Part shown: piece after piece, positions 1 through 6,044 of the stretch
Layout: every line of letters begins with the position of its first letter
Position numbering within the stretch: the first letter of the stretch is position 1
Assembly (NCBI GenBank): GCA_964480435.1
Contig: CAYZSS010000022.1
Coordinates: 1,343-15,054 of the forward strand
Direction of reading: 5' to 3'
DNA from: an uncultured archaeon
GTDB lineage: Archaea > Iainarchaeota > Iainarchaeia > Iainarchaeales > 0-14-0-20-30-16
DNA length: 13,712 nt
Position numbers and translations under genes: made by a program
The notes under the pieces: model-generated
What the model saw: the letters and a program-made list of their open reading frames with translations, nothing else
The model's database searches: none
Told to the model about the DNA's origin: nothing

Positions 1-6
1 GAATAG

Positions 7-23
7 AAGCGAAGCGCTTTTTT
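7..23 (+). terminator. Hairpin plus T-run; possible terminator of a + strand gene lying upstream of the window
   Basis: AAGCG (7-11) / CGCTT (15-19) stem with a 3-nt loop, running into six consecutive T (18-23). The gene it would serve is outside the window. Confidence 0.3.
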
Positions 24-40
24 CCTTTAAATGTGGGTAA

Positions 41-119
41 GGGGACCATAGATTTATAAATCTAATTGCCCCTAAATAATGCAATAAGCCTATTTATAGG
101 CCGTACTGCAACTTTGCAG
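41..119 (+). promoter_or_regulatory. Promoter/leader region of the uL1 operon carrying three consecutive dyad symmetries, two built on TATA-like cores
   Basis: GGGG (41-44) and CCCC (69-72) flank a perfect 14-bp palindrome AGATTTATAAATCT (50-63). GCCTAT-TT-ATAGGC lies at 88-101. CTGCA-ACTT-TGCAG (106-119) abuts the GGAGG Shine-Dalgarno at 119-123. Which element is the real TATA box cannot be decided from sequence. Confidence 0.35.
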
Positions 120-130
120 GAGGTTTTAAT

Positions 131-790
131 TTGAAAAAAGAACTTGTTGAACTTTTGAAGAACTCAATATTGGAGTCTAAGCCAAGGAAATTTCCTCAGG
201 CTGTTGACGTCTGTGTTAACTTTAAGAACATAAATTTTAAATTACCTCAGAACAGAGTCGATGTTACTGTTGAGTTTCCTAAACCATTCACAAAAGAAAC
301 TAAAGTTCTATTATTTGCTTCTGAATCTGGGTTACAACACGAACTTAAAGATTTAGTTGATAGAGTTGTTGCAATTGAGGATATCCCTAATTTAGATAAA
401 AAAGCAATAAAAGGTATTGCTATGGGGTACGATTTATTTTTTGCTGAAACTAAGGCAATGCCAATAGTTGGTAAGTACTTGGGTCAAGCTTTGGCTCCAA
501 GGGGAAAAATGCCTAAATTAGCTTTACCTAACAAAAACGCAATGTCTGCAATGATTCAAAAAGAGCAAAATTCGGTAAAAATTACAAATAAGAAAGGTAA
601 ATTTTTGCCTACTGTTCATTTCAAGATAGGTACTGAAAAAATGCAGGCTGAAGACTTGGCACTGAATTTGTCAACTGCGATGGAGAAGTTATTAGCTTCA
701 TTACCATCAAAAGAGCAGAATATAAGATCTATGTATGTTAAAACAACTATGGGGAAAGCATTACCTATGGAAATGAAATTATTCTTGTAA
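131..790 (+). CDS. rpl1: 50S ribosomal protein uL1
   Basis: 219-aa ORF with a TTG start 7 nt downstream of GGAGG. The protein reads like the uL1 family throughout (N-terminal RKFPQAVDVCVNFK segment, PRGKMPK loop). It is first in the conserved archaeal L1-L10-L12 gene order. Confidence 0.9.
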   Translation: MKKELVELLKNSILESKPRKFPQAVDVCVNFKNINFKLPQNRVDVTVEFPKPFTKETKVLLFASESGLQHELKDLVDRVVAIEDIPNLDKKAIKGIAMGYDLFFAETKAMPIVGKYLGQALAPRGKMPKLALPNKNAMSAMIQKEQNSVKITNKKGKFLPTVHFKIGTEKMQAEDLALNLSTAMEKLLASLPSKEQNIRSMYVKTTMGKALPMEMKLFL

Positions 791-893
791 ATAACGCAAT
801 TTAATGTGTAGTGATACTTATGATCAAGTTTGAATTTTTGTTCAAGGAAAAGTTCACAAAAATATCAGACAGGCTCATAAAATGGTGATACTT

Positions 894-1670
894 ATGATCT
901 CAGGAAAAGGGCATAATAAAGTTTGGAAAGAAAAGCAGATAAACGAAGTTAAAAGTAACTTTGATAAATATTCAACAGTTGCTATTGCTTGTGTAGAATC
1001 TTTGCCTTGTGCAATAGAGAGAAAATACAGGGCTTTATTGAAGAAAGACGGCGCATTTATAGTAAATGTAAAAAATAGACCGGTTAAGATTTTTTTAAAA
1101 GATGCAAAACTTGAATTGGCCGATAAAGTAAAAGGCACTTCAGTGATTATACTTTCAAACAAAAGTCCATTTGAATTATTTGGAATGATAAAAAAGAATT
1201 CTGGCACTACATCAGCAAAAGTTGGAGCTGTAGTAGATATCCCTATTGAAATTCCTGCAGGGGATACTGGGATTGCAGCGGGACCTGCGTTATCAGATTT
1301 TAAAGCATTAAAATTAGATACTCAAATAAGAGATGGAAAGATTTTCATTGCTAAACCTAAGGTTGTTTTGGAACCTGGACAAAAAGTAGATGAAAAAACA
1401 TTAACAATACTTAATAAATTGAAAATAAAGCCAATGACTGTTGGTATGCAAATAATTGGAATTTATAGTAAGACAGAATCTTTGTTATACTTACCAGATG
1501 TATTAGATGTTGATTATGACGACTATAGGAATATGGTTGCTAAAGCTTATGCTGATAGTACTGCATTAGCTATTGGAATACATTATGTGAGTAAGGATAC
1601 AATAGCAAGATTAATTGCTAAAGCGCATAGAGAAGCTGTAGCTGTTAATCCTGATAAAAATGAGGAATGA
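894..1670 (+). CDS. rplP0: 50S ribosomal stalk protein uL10 (archaeal P0), short form
   Basis: N-terminus ..VWKEKQINEVK..STVAIACVESLP matches the archaeal P0 pattern (WK..EV, then the 'vv.v......pa.ql' segment), and the gene sits between uL1 and P1. ATG 894 is preferred over ATG 882 because the SD-like GGTGAT (884-889) precedes it; 882 remains possible. The protein ends ..NPDKNEE with no acidic/GLFG tail. Confidence 0.85.
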   Translation: MISGKGHNKVWKEKQINEVKSNFDKYSTVAIACVESLPCAIERKYRALLKKDGAFIVNVKNRPVKIFLKDAKLELADKVKGTSVIILSNKSPFELFGMIKKNSGTTSAKVGAVVDIPIEIPAGDTGIAAGPALSDFKALKLDTQIRDGKIFIAKPKVVLEPGQKVDEKTLTILNKLKIKPMTVGMQIIGIYSKTESLLYLPDVLDVDYDDYRNMVAKAYADSTALAIGIHYVSKDTIARLIAKAHREAVAVNPDKNEE

Positions 1671-1692
1671 ATTATAATTGAGAGGTGAAATT

Positions 1693-1983
1693 ATGCAATA
1701 TATATATGCTGCAATGTTACTACACTCTACTGGAAAGGAAATTACTGAAGCAAGTGTTGAAAAGGTATTATCCGGAGTAGGCGTAGAAGTAGACAAGGCT
1801 AAAGTTAAATCTTTGGTTGAAGCTTTAAAAGAAGTTAATATTGAAGAAGTAATTAAGCAAGCATCAACTGCTGTTGTTGTAGCTCCTGCTGGATCTTCCG
1901 CTCCTGCAAAGGCTGAAGAGCCAAAGGAAGAGAAGAAAACAGAAGAAGAAGCAGCTGCTGGTTTAGGCTCATTATTCGGTTAA
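1693..1983 (+). CDS. rpl12: 50S ribosomal stalk protein P1 (archaeal L12)
   Basis: MQYIYAAMLLH N-terminus, Ala/Pro/Glu/Lys hinge and the canonical C-terminal stalk peptide EEAAAGLGSLFG. GAGGTGA (1682-1688) lies 4 nt upstream of ATG 1693, so the TTG at 1678 in the ORF track is probably not the start. Confidence 0.9.
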   Translation: MQYIYAAMLLHSTGKEITEASVEKVLSGVGVEVDKAKVKSLVEALKEVNIEEVIKQASTAVVVAPAGSSAPAKAEEPKEEKKTEEEAAAGLGSLFG

Positions 1984-1997
1984 ACGAAGATTTGCTT

Positions 1998-2050
1998 AAG
2001 GGGTTAAATTACCCCTTCTTTATTCTATTCTTTAACTCTTTTTTGTTTTC
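1998..2050 (+). terminator. Hairpin plus T-rich tract ending the ribosomal stalk operon
   Basis: AAGGGGT (1998-2004) / ACCCCTT (2011-2017) form a 7-bp stem with a 6-nt loop 15 nt after the P1 stop. It is followed by T-rich sequence including TTTTTT (2040-2045). Confidence 0.45.
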
Positions 2051-2106
2051 TAGTTTTTTTAGTAATCTTTATATTTATTAACCTACTTTTTCATATGTGA
2101 TTATTT

Positions 2107-2814
2107 ATGCCTCCTGAACGTCCTATTTTTAAAATAAAAACAGTAAAAGGGAAAGAAGTAAAAAGAATGACTCCTTCTTCTCAGATGTTTGAATTAAAAA
2201 GAAGATTGGCAGGAATGACAGGCGAACAAATTAGACAATTAATTAAAACAAAATCTACACTTGCAATAGATTTATTAGCTCTGTTGTTAAATGCTAGACG
2301 TCTTAAGAGTAGAAATATTACTGCCGATGATTTGAACAGATTAAGTTATACTGGAGCAGGATTAAGTTATACTGGGGCAGATTTGAAACAGTTAGGTTAT
2401 GGTGCTATAGACTTGAAACAATTAGGTTATAGCGCTTCTGATTTGAAAAGATTAGGATATGATAGGGCGGATTTGATAAAAGCTGGTTATGATGCTATAG
2501 CTGTGAAAAGATTAAGTTATGATGATGCTGTAGATTTAATAAAAACAGGTTATGATGCTGCAGTTTTGAAAAGATTAGGTTATAGTGCTGCTTCTTTGAA
2601 ACAAGCTTATTATGAAGCTGCTGATTTAAAACAAGCAGGTTATAGTGCTGTTGCTTTGAAACAAGCAGGTTATAGTGCTACTTCTTTGAAACGAGCAGGT
2701 TATGGTGCTATAGACTTGAAACAATTAGGTTATGGTGTTGCAGAGTTAATAAAAGCCGGATTTTCTCAGCAAGAAGTAAATAAAGCAATTGCAAGATTAC
2801 AAAATAAAAAATAA
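2107..2814 (+). CDS. Tandem decapeptide-repeat protein (pentapeptide-repeat-like), function unknown
   Basis: 235-aa ORF. It has a basic ~70-aa N-terminal region, then ~15 units of consensus (L/A)GY(S/G/D)Ax(D/S)LK(Q/R), e.g. GYGAIDLKQL, GYSASDLKRL, GYSAVALKQA. A TATA-like CTTTATATTTATTA lies ~30 nt upstream of the ATG. Confidence 0.7.
   Translation: MPPERPIFKIKTVKGKEVKRMTPSSQMFELKRRLAGMTGEQIRQLIKTKSTLAIDLLALLLNARRLKSRNITADDLNRLSYTGAGLSYTGADLKQLGYGAIDLKQLGYSASDLKRLGYDRADLIKAGYDAIAVKRLSYDDAVDLIKTGYDAAVLKRLGYSAASLKQAYYEAADLKQAGYSAVALKQAGYSATSLKRAGYGAIDLKQLGYGVAELIKAGFSQQEVNKAIARLQNKK
2314..2787 (+). repeat. In-frame 30-bp tandem repeat array (coding) within the repeat-protein gene
   Basis: The 30-nt periodicity is visible in the DNA. 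An exact 37-nt duplicate aggttatggtgctatagacttgaaacaattaggttat occurs at 2394-2430 and 2697-2733. One 21-nt unit (LSYTGAG) is duplicated at ~2340-2380, and one unit is 33 nt. Confidence 0.85.
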
Positions 2815-3041
2815 TTTGTTTATTTTCAGTTTTTTATTTTTCTTCTTTAGTGCCTGTTTTATAAACTGCCCACATTAAGTTTTGTGCTCATTTTTCAAGT
2901 TAATCAATATAATCCTAACTTCTTTCTTTCCAGATGTTTGAAATCCTAAAAACGTATACATAAAGTATCTACATAAAACTAAAACATATATAAAGATTTA
3001 TTTCTTGTTTTTCTATATTCTATTTTTTAAGGTGATATCAG

Positions 3042-5237
3042 ATGATTAAGAAAGTTAGAAAGAGAGATGGCAGGATAGTTGACTTTGATAAAGACAGAGT
3101 TGAGGGGGCAATAACTAGGGCTTTTGAATCGGTTAATGTTCCTCTTGTACATGTAAAAGGTATTGTGGAAGGTGTAATAGAGGATTTAGTTGATAGAGAT
3201 TCTAAAGATGTGCCGTCTGTAGAAAATATTTCTGATCTAATAGAAAGATCTCTAATGGAGCATGGATTTAATGAAGTAGCAAAATCCTTTATACTTTATA
3301 GAGAATATAGAAGACAAATAAGAGAACTTAAGAAAGCTGTTTTTGGAGAAGATACAAAAACAAAATTATCTCTGAATGCAATAAAAGTATTGGAGGGGCG
3401 TTGTCTTCTTAAGGATGGAACAGGAAAGATAATTGAAACTCCTGAAATGATGTTTAAAAGGGTAGCAAATAACCTTGCGTCCGCAGAGGCAAACTATGTT
3501 TCTGATAAAAAGAAAGCAAAAGAATTAATTAAGGATTATTCAAATGAATTTTTTGAACTTATGACTTCTTTGAAATTCTTGCCTAACAGCCCTGCTCTAA
3601 TGAATGCTGGTGCTGCTCTACAGCAATTAACTGCTTGTTTTGTTTTACCTATAGAAGATTCTATGGGAGGTATTTTTGATAGTCTAAAGAATGCAGCCTT
3701 AATCCACCAAAGTGGAGGGGGCACAGGTTTCTCTTTTTCTAAACTTAGACCAAAAGGGGATCAAGTAAAAAGCACAAGTGGTGTTGCTTCCGGGCCCGTT
3801 TCTTTTATGCGTGTATTTGATGCTGCAACAGAAGTAATCAAACAAGGTGGAAAAAGAAGAGGGGCAAATATGGGTGTTTTAAGGGTAGATCACCCTGATA
3901 TAATAGAATTTATTACCTGTAAACAGCAGGAAGGGCATATTTCTAATTTTAATATTTCAGTAGCCTTAACAGATGCTTTTATGAAGGCCCTAGGAGAAAA
4001 TGGGGAATATGATTTAATTAATCCTAGGACTAAAGTAGTGGTTAAGAGTGTGAGTGCTAAATCGGTATTTGATTTAATTGTAACTATGGCCTGGAGTAAT
4101 GGAGAGCCAGGAATAATTTTTATTGATGAAATAAATAGGAAGAATTTTGTTCCAAATATGGGGGCTATTGAAGCAACAAACCCTTGTGGTGAACAACCTT
4201 TATTGCCATATGAAAGTTGTAATTTGGGTTCAATAAATCTTTCTTATTTTGTCAATGATGCTGGAAAGATTTTGTGGGATGATTTAAGAAAAACAGCAGA
4301 ACTAGGTGCAAGATTTTTAGATAACCTTATTGATATGAATAAATACCCTGTGGAAGCAATTGAAATGATGTCCAAATCCAGCAGAAAGATTGGTCTGGGT
4401 GTAATGGGTTGGGCTGATATGCTTTACAAATTAAAGATACCTTATAACTCTGATGAGGCAGTATATCTTGCGGATAAGGTAATGAAGTTTATAGAAGATG
4501 CAGCAGTAGAATATTCTTCCAATTTAGCTAAGGAAAGAGGGAGTTTTCCTGCTTTTAAGGGTAGCTACTGGGATAAAAAAGGATATTCAAGTATGAGAAA
4601 CGCAGCAATAACTACTGTTGCTCCAACAGGGACATTAAGTATGATTGCTGATGTTTCTTCTGGGATTGAGCCGTTCTTTTCTTTAGTTTATACAAAAACT
4701 GTTTTGGGTGGTCAAGATTTTGTATATGTTAATGATTTTTTAGAGGATGAATTAAGAAAAAGAGGAATATATAGTGAAAGTTTAATTTACAAAATAAAGG
4801 AAGCTGGATCTTTGCAAGATATTGAAGAAATTCCTGAAGACCTAAAAAAAGTATTTGTAGTGTCCGGAGATGTTTCTGCTGAATGGCATATAAAGATGCA
4901 GGCTGCTTTCCAAAGAAGAGTGCACAGTGCAGTATCAAAAACAGTAAATATGTCTAACTCCGCAAGTATTGAGGATGTTTCAAAGGCTTATATGTTTGCT
5001 TATAATTTGGGTTGTAAAGGTTTAACTGTTTACAGAGATGGAAGCAGACAAGTACAGGTATTAACAAAAGGTTCCAAACAACCACAAACAACAATACCAA
5101 CTGAAAAAGAAGCACCAAAACAAAAAAAAATGGTGGAGAATAAGTTTGATGAGTGCCCAATTTGTAAGAAAAAAATGGTTGCTAAAGAAGGTTGCTATAC
5201 TTGTATACATTGTAATTATTCAAAATGCGGGATGTAG
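3042..5237 (+). CDS. nrdJ: Class II (adenosylcobalamin-dependent) ribonucleoside-triphosphate/diphosphate reductase with N-terminal ATP-cone
   Basis: 731 aa. The ATP-cone is at the N-terminus (VRKRDGRIVDFDKDRVEGAITRAF...). The active-site loop TNPCGEQPL is of the class II type (class I has NLC.E). SCNLGSINL and APTGTLS segments are present, along with a C-terminal CxxC...CxxC zinc-ribbon tail (CPICKKKMVAKEGCYTCIHC). AAGGTGAT SD at 3029-3036. No intein. Confidence 0.9.
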   Translation: MIKKVRKRDGRIVDFDKDRVEGAITRAFESVNVPLVHVKGIVEGVIEDLVDRDSKDVPSVENISDLIERSLMEHGFNEVAKSFILYREYRRQIRELKKAVFGEDTKTKLSLNAIKVLEGRCLLKDGTGKIIETPEMMFKRVANNLASAEANYVSDKKKAKELIKDYSNEFFELMTSLKFLPNSPALMNAGAALQQLTACFVLPIEDSMGGIFDSLKNAALIHQSGGGTGFSFSKLRPKGDQVKSTSGVASGPVSFMRVFDAATEVIKQGGKRRGANMGVLRVDHPDIIEFITCKQQEGHISNFNISVALTDAFMKALGENGEYDLINPRTKVVVKSVSAKSVFDLIVTMAWSNGEPGIIFIDEINRKNFVPNMGAIEATNPCGEQPLLPYESCNLGSINLSYFVNDAGKILWDDLRKTAELGARFLDNLIDMNKYPVEAIEMMSKSSRKIGLGVMGWADMLYKLKIPYNSDEAVYLADKVMKFIEDAAVEYSSNLAKERGSFPAFKGSYWDKKGYSSMRNAAITTVAPTGTLSMIADVSSGIEPFFSLVYTKTVLGGQDFVYVNDFLEDELRKRGIYSESLIYKIKEAGSLQDIEEIPEDLKKVFVVSGDVSAEWHIKMQAAFQRRVHSAVSKTVNMSNSASIEDVSKAYMFAYNLGCKGLTVYRDGSRQVQVLTKGSKQPQTTIPTEKEAPKQKKMVENKFDECPICKKKMVAKEGCYTCIHCNYSKCGM

Positions 5238-5438
5238 CGCGGGTTCAAAAAAACCCGGGATTTTGTATGGCGTAAAGCCATACGAGGCTTCGCCACTGGG
5301 TCGAATTACCCCGGGAAATTGCACCACACCATAAGACAATTTTGCTTTTCACAAAATTGCTTAGGGTCCTGAAACTTTTTGCCAAAACGCAAAAAGGTTT
5401 CCTGACAAGGTGGTGCGGGTGCTTCGCACGGGATAAAC
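5238..5438 (+). ncRNA. GC-rich structured RNA candidate; possible divergent cobalamin-riboswitch-like leader of the downstream adenosyltransferase gene, or an independent small RNA
   Basis: About 54% G+C over 5238-5330 by hand count in a ~1/3 G+C window. Helices: 5240-5245/5252-5257; 5265-5271/5277-5283; 5298-5301/5308-5311; long-range GCACCAC 5321-5327 / GUGGUGC 5410-5416 enclosing hairpins 5337-5344/5352-5359 and 5371-5382/5389-5401. GCCACUG (5292-5298), a short hairpin, then CGGGAA (5312-5317). T5 at 5439-5443. Strand was chosen from these motifs, not proven. Confidence 0.5.
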
Positions 5439-5469
5439 TTTTTAAGTTGGCAAGCGGAACTGATAGTTT

Positions 5470-5952
5470 ATGATAATTTATTATTATGGAACTGGAAAAG
5501 GAAAGACCACTGCTGGGCTTGGGGCATTAATAAGAGCTAAGCTAAATGATAAAAAGATTCTACTTATTCAATTTCTAAAAAATAATACTGTTGAAAGTAA
5601 ATCTCTTAATGGGTTTTGCTTTGGGGATAGCAGTTTTATTTCTGGCACACCGGAGAAGAAACACTTTGGAATGGCAAAGGATGCATTTGATTTCTTTATG
5701 CAAAAAAAGAAAGATTATGACGTAATTATGCTAGATGAATTAGGGATTGCTCTTTACTACAAACTACTAGAAAAGAAAATTGTGCTGGATACTATTTCTG
5801 AATTCCAAGGAGCTGGTTATCCTGTTCTTATTGTGACTGGGAGACCAAAGATTCCCGAATTAGAAAAGATTGCGGATTTGGTAAGTGAAATAAAAGAGCA
5901 GAAGCACCCATACAATGAAGGAAAGTCTGCATTAAAAGGAATTGATTATTAA
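5470..5952 (+). CDS. cobO: ATP:cob(I)alamin (corrinoid) adenosyltransferase, CobA/CobO/BtuR family
   Basis: 160 aa. P-loop GTGKGKTTAGLG lies near the N-terminus, with DVIMLDELG (Walker-B-like) further on. The family-typical C-terminal TGRPKIPELEKIADLVSEIKEQKHPYNEGKSALKGIDY matches the 'TGR..p..l.e.ADlVtEm...KHp...G......GI.y' pattern. No obvious SD; TATA-like CTTTTTAAG ~28 nt upstream of the ATG. Confidence 0.85.
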   Translation: MIIYYYGTGKGKTTAGLGALIRAKLNDKKILLIQFLKNNTVESKSLNGFCFGDSSFISGTPEKKHFGMAKDAFDFFMQKKKDYDVIMLDELGIALYYKLLEKKIVLDTISEFQGAGYPVLIVTGRPKIPELEKIADLVSEIKEQKHPYNEGKSALKGIDY

Positions 5953-6044
5953 AAAACAAGTAAGAAAAATTGAACCTGTTTTCTTTTGTGAGGGTTTCAT
6001 TTTTTTGTTTAACTAATGCTGTTTATTGTTTAGCCCCTGTCTGC

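Noticed and set aside
1678-1692. TTG 1678 as the P1 start, and TTG 8065 as the start of the PLC-like gene
   Set aside because: For P1, ATG 1693 is preceded by GAGGTGA at ideal spacing and gives the canonical MQYIYA N-terminus. For the PLC-like gene, ATG 8137 gives the family-like MAHFNTH start, whereas the TTG extension would translate the hairpin spacer.
875-1796. Antisense ORFs 875-1207 (-) and 1611-1796 (-) opposite the P0/P1 genes
   Set aside because: They are shadow ORFs on the opposite strand of strongly supported ribosomal protein genes. Their sequences are hydrophobic, low-complexity and featureless.
2314-2787. Regular ~30-bp DNA periodicity that could be mistaken for a CRISPR array or, given the 37-nt exact duplicate, a DGR template/variable repeat pair
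   Set aside because: The repeats are contiguous with no unique spacers. They are in frame within a 235-aa ORF and translate to a coherent decapeptide repeat. The duplicate pair is identical (no adenine-specific mismatches), and no reverse transcriptase or cas gene is in the window.
2957-2995. Direct repeats TACATAAA (2957-2964, 2970-2977) and ACATATATAAAG (2984-2995) upstream of nrdJ as a regulator-binding array
   Set aside because: They are short, very AT-rich words in a TATA-rich promoter region. The repetition is too weak to separate from composition, although a promoter for nrdJ probably lies here.
3536-5160. Antisense ORFs 3536-3724, 4729-4938 and 4954-5160 (-) within nrdJ
   Set aside because: They lie entirely inside the nrdJ coding region on the opposite strand and have no independent signals.
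5146-5334. 62-aa + strand ORF spanning the nrdJ stop and the structured RNA
   Set aside because: It overlaps the well-supported nrdJ C-terminus in another frame and has no SD. Its reading frame exists only because the GC-rich RNA region lacks stops.
5238-5438. tRNA, SRP RNA or RNase P RNA as the identity of the GC-rich structured region
   Set aside because: No cloverleaf with a GTTCRAATC-type T-loop can be drawn (CGGGTTCAAAAAAACCCG has a 10-nt T/A loop and no matching acceptor stem). There is no SRP helix-8 signature (GNAR tetraloop flanked by AGCA/GGAA-type loops), and ~200 nt is short for archaeal 7S RNA. I saw no RNase P CR-I/CR-IV/CR-V strings. These rejections are by eye; cmscan should confirm them.
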